A stretch of 64,000 nucleotides of DNA from Longimicrobiales bacterium (GTDB lineage: Bacteria > Gemmatimonadota > Gemmatimonadetes > Longimicrobiales > Gaopeijiaceae), in the NCBI GenBank assembly GCA_965226375.1, contig CBDDCX010000008.1, forward strand, positions 1,888,001 through 1,952,000, read 5' to 3'. Both the position numbers and the translations under genes were made by a program. Below the pieces are notes generated by a model. That model made no database searches. It was not told where the DNA came from and saw nothing but the letters and a program-made list of their open reading frames with translations. Of this stretch, positions 1 through 10,187 are shown one piece after another; position 1 is the stretch's first letter, and each line of letters begins with the position of its first letter.

Positions 1-1458
1 AGCACTGCCCTCGACCCGACTCCCGCCCATGAATCCCGTGAACTCGTACATGCCATCCTTGACCCTCAGCTTCCCGTCCAACCCTGCAGTAAAGGCTCCC
101 CGGGCCAACAGGTCTGACAACGGTTCACCGCTGTCGAAGGATCGCTTCGTACCCGTCAGCACGAGTCCGATCGCCGACTCGCCGAGTTCTTGATGCAGAC
201 GGACCACCCCGTAGGCTGAAGGGGCTTCGACAGACACTTTCGAGGTCAGCCCCGACTCCACGTCGTAGGTCTGCGCCTGTTCTCGGGGGGTGAACGCCGC
301 GAGGGCCCCGATATTGAGTCCGGACGGGAGTCGGCCCGTCACCTTGGCCGCCGTAGCGATCGTCGTGCTGGCCGGGATTCGCACGTAGTCACCTGATACG
401 TCACCCTGAGGCTCTGCCCCGATCCGGCGGGAGTAATACCACTCGGGAAGCCGAATGTAGCCCTGCCGACCGTCCAGCATTCCGTTCCCCTCGACAAAGA
501 ACGGTCTCCGCTCCGGAAAGAACGTCTCGAACGCCGTGAGATTCACTTCGGCGGGGTCCGCTTCAACCTGCCCGAAGTCCGGATTGACCGTAAGATCGAG
601 TGTGAGGTTGGGCCCCAGCCCCATCTTCAGGTCCATCCCCGCTCGGCCACGTGTCTTCTGGTCGAACGGATCCGCGGGGTCGACATCGGACTCGAGCGTC
701 AGATCGCCCGCAACGTAAGGGAGAATCTCGATCCTGCGGGTGGGTCGAATACCCTGGATCCCGTTCAGGACGCCGAACTCGGAGGCGTAGCCCGCCTGAG
801 CACGGTCACGCCGAATCAGAACCCACTCGATTTCTTCGTTGCGCTCCGGCACGTACCGGGTCATCTGCAGTCCCCACACCTGGGGATCCGCCGCATTGAA
901 TCGCACCTGGGTGAAGGGGATGCGCATCTCCGCCATCCAACCTTGTGTATCAACGCTGACCCGCGCGGTCCACACCGGATCATACTCGGCTTCACCTCGG
1001 GTGTTGTTTTCCGGGTGGAAGACGTCGAAGCGCACACCCGCTGCCGAGACTCCAAAGCTGTAGGCGGTGCGCCGGTCGTGGTATGTGTCGAGCGCGATGA
1101 TGAGCCGTTCCGCATCACTATCCCCGTCACGGCGGGTCAGCGTCGTTCGGATATTCTCTGGATTCGGGTGGTACATACGTGCGCCGACGTAGAGGGCGTC
1201 GTCGTCGTAGAGCAGCCGGATCTCTGTGGCGACGGACGGCTCGGTCCCCTCGATCGGGATCTTTTGGGTGAAATCGGTGATCACGACCGCGGCGTTCCAG
1301 GCCTCGTCGTCGAGCACGCCGTCCACCGATGGCGCGGGCCCTTCGATACGGGTCGCCGTGGCGCTCTGGAGAGAACCCTGAGCAGCCAGAGCACTTGTGG
1401 ACAAGCTGAAGGCCGCGCAGGCGACCACCGAGAATACGAAGTACCGACCGACACCCAT
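1..1458 (-). CDS. DUF5916 / carbohydrate-binding family 9-like outer membrane protein (runs off window start)
   Basis: Manual translation from ATG 1458: signal peptide, then VDGVLDDEAW, LLYDDDALYVG, LDTYHDRRTAYSF and TVNPDFGQVEADPAEVNLTAFETFFPERRPFF. Absent from the ORF track because it has no stop in the window. Confidence 0.85.
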   Translation of the reverse strand, partial: MGVGRYFVFSVVACAAFSLSTSALAAQGSLQSATATRIEGPAPSVDGVLDDEAWNAAVVITDFTQKIPIEGTEPSVATEIRLLYDDDALYVGARMYHPNPENIRTTLTRRDGDSDAERLIIALDTYHDRRTAYSFGVSAAGVRFDVFHPENNTRGEAEYDPVWTARVSVDTQGWMAEMRIPFTQVRFNAADPQVWGLQMTRYVPERNEEIEWVLIRRDRAQAGYASEFGVLNGIQGIRPTRRIEILPYVAGDLTLESDVDPADPFDQKTRGRAGMDLKMGLGPNLTLDLTVNPDFGQVEADPAEVNLTAFETFFPERRPFFVEGNGMLDGRQGYIRLPEWYYSRRIGAEPQGDVSGDYVRIPASTTIATAAKVTGRLPSGLNIGALAAFTPREQAQTYDVESGLTSKVSVEAPSAYGVVRLHQELGESAIGLVLTGTKRSFDSGEPLSDLLARGAFTAGLDGKLRVKDGMYEFTGFMGGSRVEGSA

Positions 1459-1726
1459 GTTCCCATTCCCCGTTCAACCAAAAATGCAGCAAGAGTCTTA
1501 TTCACAAGCCGCCTAACATACCACCGAATCGCTCATCCACGCACCTGAGAGGCAAGACCAGCTCGATCCGTGCGTAGGCCGTTCTACCGCACCCGAATCC
1601 CGCCACAGAGGCCTACGTCATTCGGGCCTTCCACTACGTACTATGGCGTATCCATTCGGATGACGGCCCATGGCATCCTCATTGAGGGCGGAACAGTCCG
1701 CCGTTTCAACAAGCAAGGAGGACACC

Positions 1727-2893
1727 ATGAGCTCTCTACTATCCATAACGGCGCTCGCTTCTCTTGCGTTCGCCGCTGGTGCGTGCGATCGGAATCCAAC
1801 GGATGTCGAGGAAGACGTTCTGCCGGAGGAGGGACAGGTCTTCGAGCAGGGGCCTCCTCCTCCACCGCCGCCACCCCCACCGCCGCCGACCCACGCCGTT
1901 ACCATCATGTCTCGTAATCTCTACCTGGGAGCCGATCTCACACCGATGATGAGCGCCGGCTCGCCCGAGCAGATTCCGGCCCTCGTGGGGGAAGCCTGGA
2001 ACAGGATCGTGCTGAATGACTTTCCCGCTCGGGCAGACGCCATAGCCCGAGAGATCCAAAGCACCCGCCCGGATATACTAGGCCTTCAGGAGGTCGCCAA
2101 GTTCAGAATGCAAAGCCCGGGTGACTTCTTGGTCGGCAATCCACAAGCGGCTACCGCAGTCGAGTACGACTATCTGATGATCCTCCTGGACGCCTTGCAA
2201 GCGCGAGGCCTCAACTACACCATTGCTTCAGTCGTCGAGAACACCGATATCGAGCTTCCGGCCATCACGAACGCCGGCTTGGTCGACGTTCGCTGGACCG
2301 ACCACGACGTGATCCTCGTGCGTGATGGAATCAAGATCACCGGCGAGACATCGAACAACTTCGCACTCAGCGTGTCCATCCCGGTGGCCGGGGCGATGCC
2401 CATCATCATCCGACGTGGCTGGAACCGGATCGACCTGCTGGTCGACGACCAGCCGCTCCATGTCGTCAACACCCACCTCGAGACCGACGAGACCGGTCCG
2501 ACGACCCAAGAGTCGCAGGCCGCCGAGCTGATCGGCATGCTGTCGGGGCTCACGGTGCCCACGATTATCATCGGCGACCTCAACGCACTGCCGGACGCAG
2601 CCAGCACGGCGACGTATCCGATCCTGTTGAACGCGGGCTTCGAGGACGCCCAGACGAGCACGATGGCTCGCGGCTCGTTGCCCGGTTACACATGCTGCTT
2701 CGACCCCGACCTTCGGGCCGGCGGCCTGTTCGAACGGATCGACTACCTGATGACACGTGGGACGCGCAACCTGGACGTAAGAGTGGTCAACTTCGCCGTC
2801 ACGGGAGATCTGGAGGCGGACGAGACGGTGACCGGACTGAGACCCTCCGACCATGTAGGAGTGTTCGCCCGCGTGGAGATCGTCGGGCACTGA
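1727..2893 (+). CDS. Endonuclease/exonuclease/phosphatase (EEP) family lipoprotein with poly-proline linker
   Basis: RBS AAGGAGG; lipobox AGAC; motifs SRNLYLG, GLQEV, NTHLE, GDLN, RIDY, PSDH; run of 12 Pro. Confidence 0.9.
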   Translation: MSSLLSITALASLAFAAGACDRNPTDVEEDVLPEEGQVFEQGPPPPPPPPPPPPTHAVTIMSRNLYLGADLTPMMSAGSPEQIPALVGEAWNRIVLNDFPARADAIAREIQSTRPDILGLQEVAKFRMQSPGDFLVGNPQAATAVEYDYLMILLDALQARGLNYTIASVVENTDIELPAITNAGLVDVRWTDHDVILVRDGIKITGETSNNFALSVSIPVAGAMPIIIRRGWNRIDLLVDDQPLHVVNTHLETDETGPTTQESQAAELIGMLSGLTVPTIIIGDLNALPDAASTATYPILLNAGFEDAQTSTMARGSLPGYTCCFDPDLRAGGLFERIDYLMTRGTRNLDVRVVNFAVTGDLEADETVTGLRPSDHVGVFARVEIVGH

Positions 2894-2989
2894 GCCGGCG
2901 CAGTTGGCCTCGGCACACGACCTGGCCTTGGTGGACGGAGTCCCCCACCCCAGGCCAGGTCGCGAGTGCTCAGTCCCTGCTTTACACCT

Positions 2990-3724
2990 TCATGCCAGTC
3001 GCTTGGCGATCCATACGGTGCGGAATACCGCCGTGCCCACGGTCCCGACTGCGACAATGGCCATGATTCCGGTGAGCAGGGTGCCGGGATCCCAGCCGGC
3101 CCATTCGCTCACCGCCGGATCCAGGATGCCTCCAAACCCGATGACCATGAGCCGCTCCGCTCGTTGCATAACGCCAAGGTTGCACAGCACGCCCAGGCTC
3201 TCGCCACGGGCGCGGGCGTAGCTCACCAACAGGGATCCGCCCAGCGCGGTGGCGGTCAGGGACAACGCCAACGTCGAATCACGAAACAGAACGGCCAGAC
3301 CGACGAACGCGCCTACCTCCGCGAAGCGATCGAGCGTCGAGTCAAGAAAAGCTCCGCGTTGATTGGCCATGCCGCGGGCCCGTGCGATGCGGCCGTCCAT
3401 CACGTCCGCCGCGCCACCCAGGAGCACTCCCCAGCCACCGAGGTTCACGTAGCCGAGTGCGAAGCACACGCCGGCGCCGATACCAAACGCGACACCGAGC
3501 AGGTTGAAGGCTGTGGGCGAAAGCCCCAGCGACAACGAAACGGCCTCGATCGGCCGGATGAACCAGTAGAACCACCGCCGCACGAAGCCCCCGAGCACAA
3601 AGCTTCCACGGTTCGCCACGTCATGAGGGTCACTCGCGATCCGCGAGGAACTCAGCGCGTAGACGGGCATCGACGCCAGGGCAGCACCGAGGATGATAAG
3701 CAGGACCAGAAAGTCCGTTCTCAT
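2990..3724 (-). CDS. CDP-alcohol phosphatidyltransferase
   Basis: Signature DxxDGxxAR...GxxxDxxxD (DVMDGRIAR...GAFLDSTLD); start overlaps the upstream stop. Confidence 0.92.
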   Translation of the reverse strand: MRTDFLVLLIILGAALASMPVYALSSSRIASDPHDVANRGSFVLGGFVRRWFYWFIRPIEAVSLSLGLSPTAFNLLGVAFGIGAGVCFALGYVNLGGWGVLLGGAADVMDGRIARARGMANQRGAFLDSTLDRFAEVGAFVGLAVLFRDSTLALSLTATALGGSLLVSYARARGESLGVLCNLGVMQRAERLMVIGFGGILDPAVSEWAGWDPGTLLTGIMAIVAVGTVGTAVFRTVWIAKRLA

Positions 3725-4716
3725 TTCGAGATCTCTCGCGGTGGGCGGGTCAGCAACACCTTGATCGCACGCGGCCACAGGAAAATAAGAGGCACCTTAC
3801 GCTCGAGTGCGGTCAGGTGAATGGGGCGACCCGTATGGCGCTCCACTTTCCGGACGACATACGGCAACCAATTCGCAAAGGTGATCGTGTACTTGAACCA
3901 GCGCAGCGTGGCCCGGACTTTGGAGCGTCGAAAGTGCGCGCGCCAGCGTCTCCGCACGCCTGAGGGTACGGGGGCAGCCAAAACGAACATCTCGTCCTCC
4001 CTCCGCAGGACGTTCTCCTCCTCGCCACGTGCCAACACGGCGCCGAAGTGCTCTCGGAAATGGCCTGCCTGGGCTACGGAGATCCGTCGGGGTCGATCCT
4101 TCGACTCGGGGCGCAGCTCACCCTGATAACACACCTCTAGTAGGCGCCGGCCGAAGCCGGCTGCGTCGACCGGCTCGCGGAGATACGGGACCATCCATTC
4201 GAGCACCCGGCCCCGCGCGTCGGCCAGCTGGGTGTCGATCCAGACTTCATCCTCCCGACTCGCCAGGTAGACCTTGCCGAGCATCTGAACCATGCGACCC
4301 AACAGAAAATGGTCCGGCGGCTCGGGTCCGAGAGCCTTGGCGAGATGATCCCGGCTGACGATGACGCATTTCGCGAGTCCCCCGGCACCGTCCTCGGGCG
4401 CGAACACGATCACGTTGGGCGGCAGCAGTCCTGCCATCCGTGTCATCAGCCAAGGGGGCCGATGTAGCTCTTGGGCGGCACTGAGCCCCCGGTAGAACGA
4501 TGCGTAGTCCTCGACAATCACGAAGAAGTCGAAGGCGCTGTGCCGATCAGGGCTGGCGGCGGTCAGGTGGGATCCGTAGAGAAGGATCGCGCGGATCGAC
4601 CCATCCGTGGCCGCCAGGAGGGCATCGGCCAGCTCAACGGCGCCGGGCCAACGTCGTGCCGCCGACCTGGAGGCGTTGGCATCCCGCGAGCCCATGTCGC
4701 GAGAGGAGTCGTTCAC
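3721..4716 (-). CDS. Tam41/Mmp37-like nucleotidyltransferase (putative phosphatidate cytidylyltransferase)
   Basis: LLYGS...FDFFVIV, K-x-x-IVS...FLLGRMVQ and CYQGELRPE resemble Tam41 blocks (YGS...D, KYGVVS...YLAGRLQKP, SYxGDxR); lies between two phospholipid genes. Confidence 0.65.
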   Translation of the reverse strand: MNDSSRDMGSRDANASRSAARRWPGAVELADALLAATDGSIRAILLYGSHLTAASPDRHSAFDFFVIVEDYASFYRGLSAAQELHRPPWLMTRMAGLLPPNVIVFAPEDGAGGLAKCVIVSRDHLAKALGPEPPDHFLLGRMVQMLGKVYLASREDEVWIDTQLADARGRVLEWMVPYLREPVDAAGFGRRLLEVCYQGELRPESKDRPRRISVAQAGHFREHFGAVLARGEEENVLRREDEMFVLAAPVPSGVRRRWRAHFRRSKVRATLRWFKYTITFANWLPYVVRKVERHTGRPIHLTALERKVPLIFLWPRAIKVLLTRPPREISK

Positions 4717-5483
4717 GCGACCGGCGCTTCTGCGCGTAGGTCGGCGAGGCCCCGCACCATCACTTCACGGATCTCTGATATGAACGGTTCGGGATCGGCT
4801 TCGGGATCCGTCCAGTGTAGGACGCCGGCCAACTCTAAGCGCCCCCGAAGCTTCGCAACCCCGCCGATGAAGTCCTTGAACTTGGCCACCTGCCAGAAAC
4901 CGTCCACTACAAGGACGTACACCTTCCATGGCCGGGCTCTGAGAATCGCCTTCGTTCCGTGGCGGTGGAATGGTCCGATTTCGCCATCCTTGGTACGAGT
5001 TCCTTCCGGAAAAATCGCCAGCGGCACCTCGGAGGTACGGGCCGCCTCACAGATCTCGTCGAGGGATCTCCTCATTTCAGAGACCTTTCCTTCGGGATCC
5101 ACCACCGGATATTGATAGAGTCTCAACATATGCGAGACTAGCGGGATCCAGCGGGCGTATCTCTTACGGGTTAGGATTCGGAGGTGTCCCGGCCGCACGG
5201 ATTCCACCACCATTGGAATGTCGAACATTGATTGGTGGTTCATGACGATGAGAACACCGGGCTCGAATGGGACCTGTGGAGGGATAGGCAAGTGTGCCCC
5301 GCCGATGACCGAGATAGGACGCGTTACGAGCCAAATCAACGCCTGCATCCACGGGCTGAGCACCTGGATTCGCCGTGAAGGCCGAAGCCAGGTCCACGGT
5401 CCGATGACGAACCGTTCGACCGGATCGGCCACGAGAATTCCGAGGCAGACGACAGCCACGGCCAGATACCCTCGAAGTCTCAC
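4713..5483 (-). CDS. 1-acyl-sn-glycerol-3-phosphate acyltransferase (PlsC-like)
   Basis: NHQSMFD (HxxxxD) and IFPEGTRT motifs; likely GTG start at 5483 after GGAGG. Confidence 0.88.
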   Translation of the reverse strand: MRLRGYLAVAVVCLGILVADPVERFVIGPWTWLRPSRRIQVLSPWMQALIWLVTRPISVIGGAHLPIPPQVPFEPGVLIVMNHQSMFDIPMVVESVRPGHLRILTRKRYARWIPLVSHMLRLYQYPVVDPEGKVSEMRRSLDEICEAARTSEVPLAIFPEGTRTKDGEIGPFHRHGTKAILRARPWKVYVLVVDGFWQVAKFKDFIGGVAKLRGRLELAGVLHWTDPEADPEPFISEIREVMVRGLADLRAEAPVA

Positions 5484-5621
5484 TCGAAGCGCCTCCGGCG
5501 CGATTGCGTGTATAGGTCGAAGCAACTCGGGAACAGGAACGGACTTGGAACACGCTAACGGCACGCGCCGATCGGCATCAAGGCGAGCACGTGGCGGCCC
5601 CGCACCAAGGCGAACGCGTAC

Positions 5622-6293
5622 ATGAGCGATAACGGCTACACCTACTACGGGTTTCGGCACTGCGTCGGAGCGTTCTTCGAAATGCCGACGGAGGATGCAC
5701 GCAAGCTTCTCCCTCGTCATTTGGAACCGCTGGAGATGCAGCACGAGCGCAGTATCCTTGCCCTGACCGCCTTCCATTTTCATGAGAGCGAGGTGGGTGA
5801 GTACGGAGAGATCGTCCTCGCGGTCATCGTGCCGCCGATGATCGAACCGGGCAAGCCACTCCCAAAGGCCGCATTCTTCCCGTTCGTGGTCGGTACCACC
5901 ACCGAAGTGTCGCGCCTACATGCCATCGAACGGTGGCACCTTCCGCACTACATGAGCGACGTTGAGATCAAGTTCACTGAGACTGACCAGGACATGGAGG
6001 TCAACGTGTTCGACGGTACCGAGCCTGTTCTGGACCTGCTCGTGACACGGCATTCCTACGAGGCGTCGAACAACCTCTACCACGCGTTCACCGTCGATGG
6101 CGACGAGAGGTTCAAGGCCAACATCTACATGAAGGCGCCGCACTCTGAGCATGAAGAGGAGCGTGGCTCACTGACCTTGTACGAGCACGAGATGACCGCC
6201 AGCCTCACGATCGACGACGTCAACACGTATCCCTTCCGCGAACAGTGGTATCAGGAGGGTCTACAAACCTTCGATCCGCTCGAGAAGCTCTAG
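5622..6293 (+). CDS. Acetoacetate decarboxylase-like family protein
   Basis: ARKLLPRHLEP...VGEYGEIVLAV...ERWHLP pattern; divergent from the lipid operon. Confidence 0.6.
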   Translation: MSDNGYTYYGFRHCVGAFFEMPTEDARKLLPRHLEPLEMQHERSILALTAFHFHESEVGEYGEIVLAVIVPPMIEPGKPLPKAAFFPFVVGTTTEVSRLHAIERWHLPHYMSDVEIKFTETDQDMEVNVFDGTEPVLDLLVTRHSYEASNNLYHAFTVDGDERFKANIYMKAPHSEHEEERGSLTLYEHEMTASLTIDDVNTYPFREQWYQEGLQTFDPLEKL

Positions 6294-6306
6294 AGGCTCT
6301 GGAGAG

Positions 6307-7677
6307 TCAGAGGATCACCTCGTATCGGTAGGCCGTGGCACGAGTCCCGAACGAGACCTCGAATCCGGTACTCTCATCCGAGGACGGGGCGGAAACCGTG
6401 ACGGCCTCCACTCCCAGCTCCCCGTCGTCACCGTAGAACGTGAACCGGAGCCGGACACGCGTGCCGGCCGCTGCCGCGTTCCCTATCACCCAACCCTGAA
6501 CGATCGTCTCTACGTCGGAAGGCCTCATCAATAGTCCTTCCAGGTAGACCAACGCGGACTCGGTCCGCTCCAGAGCCCGAAGCGCGGCGTCCTGGTCCCC
6601 ACTCTCAAGGTGGGCCCGCGCCGTGATCAGGCCGGCGTTCTCACCCAGCGGATCCAACTCGACCAGGCGATCCCCCACGCGCGTCAAGGAAGCCCATGCC
6701 TCGGCCGCAAACAAAGCGTTGGCATAGTTGAACCAGGCGTCGCGGGACATGGGCTGGAGCCTGGTCAAACGCTCGAAGGCGTCACTCGCCGCCCGGTAGT
6801 CGGAAGAGCGAAAAAGCGCGATGCCGAGGTTGAAGAGCTCTGACGCCCGTAGCTCTCCTTCCGAGAGGAGAGCCGTATAGATCGCGGCCGCCTCCTCCAA
6901 TCTTCCCTGACCTCTGAGTGAGGCGGCCAGGTCACCTTGTAGCTGCGTGCTGGTGGGATCGCGTTCCAGCTGGCTCCTGAGCAGCACCTCCGCTTCTGCG
7001 AACCGCTGCGTGAATAGCAGGAGCGGGGCCATACTCTCTTCCATCGCGATCTTCTGCTCTCGCCGGCGCTCGATCTCCTCGGCCTCGAGCACGCGGGTCA
7101 CAGGCAGCTTGTCGAGACCCGCGAGACCGCCCTGGTAGGCAGCAATGGCCTCCTCATACCGGCCGTCCACGGTAAGCAGGCTCGCAAGGTTTCGGTGCGC
7201 CTCGGGTCGAAGGTCGAAGATGACCATCGCCTGAGTCCAAGCCTCGATCGTAGCCTCCAGGTCGCCCGTCCCATAGGCCTCACCACCGGCGTTGAACGCC
7301 TTGGCCCAGGCCGCCTCACGCTCACGCTCGATATCGACCTCGTAGCCGGGATAGAGGCGCTGTGCCTCGATGAACATCTCGTCCGCATCCTCGTATCCGT
7401 CGAGCCTGATGTGTGCCTGACCCGCCATGAAATAATGGATCGGATTTCCGGGATCCGACGCGATACCTTCTGTGGCCAACTCCAGCGCTCGGGCGGTGCG
7501 TTCCTGACGGAGGTGGAGTGCCGCGGTCTGCGAAAAACGGGTGTCCGCGGGGGGGGTTCCGAGCTCATATAGGATCCCTGTCGGCGAGACTACCGGCTCA
7601 GGAGGACCCGCAACCGGTGTCGCACAAGACCCGAGGAGCGTACTCGCGACCAAGACCTCTGGGAGGCGCCCTACCAC
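6307..7677 (-). CDS. Tetratricopeptide repeat lipoprotein
   Basis: Lipobox LGSC; multiple TPR-like helices (AHRNLA, ELFNLG, AWFNYA). Confidence 0.8.
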   Translation of the reverse strand: MVGRLPEVLVASTLLGSCATPVAGPPEPVVSPTGILYELGTPPADTRFSQTAALHLRQERTARALELATEGIASDPGNPIHYFMAGQAHIRLDGYEDADEMFIEAQRLYPGYEVDIEREREAAWAKAFNAGGEAYGTGDLEATIEAWTQAMVIFDLRPEAHRNLASLLTVDGRYEEAIAAYQGGLAGLDKLPVTRVLEAEEIERRREQKIAMEESMAPLLLFTQRFAEAEVLLRSQLERDPTSTQLQGDLAASLRGQGRLEEAAAIYTALLSEGELRASELFNLGIALFRSSDYRAASDAFERLTRLQPMSRDAWFNYANALFAAEAWASLTRVGDRLVELDPLGENAGLITARAHLESGDQDAALRALERTESALVYLEGLLMRPSDVETIVQGWVIGNAAAAGTRVRLRFTFYGDDGELGVEAVTVSAPSSDESTGFEVSFGTRATAYRYEVIL

Positions 7678-8564
7678 GGAAACGGTACCGAAAAGACGGC
7701 GGACCGGGGGACGGGAACGCCCTGATCCCGGGCCGGCCTGAAGGCCACGACTTCGCTGAACAACTCGAGGAAGATCTCGTCGATCTCGGGGATCCCACTG
7801 GACTGCCCGATCTCCGCCATCTCGACGGAGCCCCGTTCGTCTATGAAGAGAACCACGCTCGCCGACCCGCTCACTCCCGGGCCCAGGCTCTGTTTGCTGA
7901 AGCTCTCACGCATGAACCGGAGCACCTCGCGCGGATTCAGGACCAGGACCCACGCCGCCGCACCCGCCAGGACGATATCAGGACGAAGAGCGGCCAGGCG
8001 TGACAGGTCCATCGAGGTCGGCTCCGGCAGCATCGATAGGTCTGCGGTGGAGGCGCTCCCGCCGATTGACGGGGAGTTCGGGCCATCTCCGTCCTGACCC
8101 TGCATTTCCTCGGAAGTGGGACTCTGCGTCGGTTCCGGCTCGGGCTCGGGCTCAACCTCGGCGAGCGTCGCCACCGGGGCCCCCCTGCGAAGCAGGCGTT
8201 GGCGAATGGCGGCGGAATACTCCTCCATCGACAGTTGAGCTCCGTCGGCTCCATCGCCGACGTCGGACGCCGTCGTTGTCGAGTCCGCAACAAGAGCCAC
8301 GGGCGCCGCCCCTGGGGACGCGCCTCTGCCAGTGGAGGGTGGAGCGAAAAGGGAGATCCAAGCCATCTGGTCGGAATCCAACTCGTCGGCGAGCTCCGGC
8401 GCGGAGATCTCCCAGTGGGGTCCGATTGCGAGGACAGCCACGTGCACGGCTACCGCAGCCGCAGTCGACCATTTCACCCGGGTATTCCACTGCGCCTTCC
8501 ACTCGTCGTTGGCGCGGTGCACCCGCCACTCCTGACCGAGCCGCTCCGGCTCCAGTGGCTTCAT
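7671..8564 (-). CDS. tonB: Energy transducer TonB family protein
   Basis: N-terminal TM helix with His, EPEPEPEP spacer, C-terminal IDERGSV...SSG...FRPA. Confidence 0.8.
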   Translation of the reverse strand: MKPLEPERLGQEWRVHRANDEWKAQWNTRVKWSTAAAVAVHVAVLAIGPHWEISAPELADELDSDQMAWISLFAPPSTGRGASPGAAPVALVADSTTTASDVGDGADGAQLSMEEYSAAIRQRLLRRGAPVATLAEVEPEPEPEPTQSPTSEEMQGQDGDGPNSPSIGGSASTADLSMLPEPTSMDLSRLAALRPDIVLAGAAAWVLVLNPREVLRFMRESFSKQSLGPGVSGSASVVLFIDERGSVEMAEIGQSSGIPEIDEIFLELFSEVVAFRPARDQGVPVPRSAVFSVPFPW

Positions 8565-8861
8565 CGAAACACTCCATCACGTCGGGACCGCGTGTCCTCC
8601 ACCTAGCGGACGGACGCTCGGGTGGAGAGGGGCGCGGGAAAGATCGACCCGTAAGTACTCAGAGTACCGGCGTCTCTCGCTGTGAACAAGCTGATCCGCG
8701 CCCCAGCTCCGGCCGTCGGGACCGCGCGAGTCGGTGGCGTGTCGGAGAGGGCGTCCGACACGCGGCACCGGCGAGAGACGAAACGACCCCATAGACCGTG
8801 GTCACACTCCCTCCCAGGACGTATGATGCCGCTTCATACCGAACCACTACGGAGCGATCCC

Positions 8862-10157
8862 ATGATCTCTAGACGCCATTTTCTCGGAGCCTCCTCGTCT
8901 GCGGCGGCGGGCGCGGCTCTCTCTCGTCCTGACGGGCTTGTCGCAGCCGACACGGTGCAGCAGGCAGTGCCCCCCTCCATCGCTCGGCTCAGCTCCTGGG
9001 CAGATCGGGCACAACCGATCACCACTGCCGAGCGAGCGGCCCGTGTCGAACAGGCCAAACGCCTCATGCACGAACAGGGACTTTCCGCGCTCGCGCTCAC
9101 CGGCGGGACGTCCATGGTCTATTTCACGAGCATCCGTTGGGGCGGGGGTGAGCGTCTCTTCTCCGTCGTGATCCCGGTAGATGGCGACGCGTTCGTGGTA
9201 TGCCCCGCGTTCGAAGAGGAGCGTGCCCGGGAACAGCTCGCGCTCGGTCCACTGGGGGGAGCCGCCGTCTATACGTGGGAGGAGCACGAGAGCCCTTACG
9301 AACGTGTGGCGCAGGGGTTGAAGGACCGGGGAATCTCCACCGGCAAGGTCGGTACCGAGGAGACGATGCAGTTCCGATTCACCAACGGCATCGCCATGGC
9401 CGCCCCGGCGCTCGAGGTGGTGGATGCCACGGGGGTCACGGCCGGCTGCCGCGGAGTGAAGGACGAGCACGAGATCGAGCTGATGACACTCGCGAACGAG
9501 GTCACGCTCACGGCATATAAGGCCGCCTATCTGGCCATGGCAGAAGGGATGACGCAACAAGACTTCCGCGGGCTGGTTTCGATGGCGCATGACCAGCTCG
9601 GGTTCCAGGGCGGTGCCGGTGTGCAGACCGGCGAGTGGTCCGCGCTCCCGCATGGCTCTGTCACTCGGCAGGTGATCCGTGAAGGCACCATTCTGCTCAT
9701 CGATGGGGGCTGCGGTGTGGAGGGGTACCGCTCCGACATGAGCCGGACCTTTGTGCTGGGCGAACCCACCGACAAGATGAAGAAGGTCTACGAGATCGAG
9801 TACAGGGCCCAGACGGCCGCGTTCGAGAAGGCCGCCCCGGGCGTCCTGCCGGAGGAGGTGGACGGAGCCGCCCGCAAAGTGATCGAGGACGCGGGCTACG
9901 GACCGGGCTACAAGTACTTCACGCATCGCGTCGGCCACGGCATCGGCATGGACGGGCACGAGTGGCCCTATCTGGTGAAGGGCAACAAGGTCCCACTGAA
10001 GCGCGGCAACGTCTTCAGCGACGAGCCGGGGATCTATATACCGGGCGAGTTCGGCGTCAGACTCGAAGACTGCATGTACATCACGGACGACGGGGCCAAG
10101 CTGTTCACTCCACAGAGTCCTTCTCTGGAAGAGCCGTTCGCGAACTGGGAGTACTAG
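8862..10157 (+). CDS. Xaa-Pro peptidase (M24) with Tat signal
   Basis: SRRHFL twin-arginine; DxG, SDMSRT, HRVGHGIG-HE, EPG and RLED metal-binding motifs. Confidence 0.92.
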   Translation: MISRRHFLGASSSAAAGAALSRPDGLVAADTVQQAVPPSIARLSSWADRAQPITTAERAARVEQAKRLMHEQGLSALALTGGTSMVYFTSIRWGGGERLFSVVIPVDGDAFVVCPAFEEERAREQLALGPLGGAAVYTWEEHESPYERVAQGLKDRGISTGKVGTEETMQFRFTNGIAMAAPALEVVDATGVTAGCRGVKDEHEIELMTLANEVTLTAYKAAYLAMAEGMTQQDFRGLVSMAHDQLGFQGGAGVQTGEWSALPHGSVTRQVIREGTILLIDGGCGVEGYRSDMSRTFVLGEPTDKMKKVYEIEYRAQTAAFEKAAPGVLPEEVDGAARKVIEDAGYGPGYKYFTHRVGHGIGMDGHEWPYLVKGNKVPLKRGNVFSDEPGIYIPGEFGVRLEDCMYITDDGAKLFTPQSPSLEEPFANWEY

Positions 10158-10187
10158 GAGTACGTCTCGACTCCAATCGGTAAGGCC

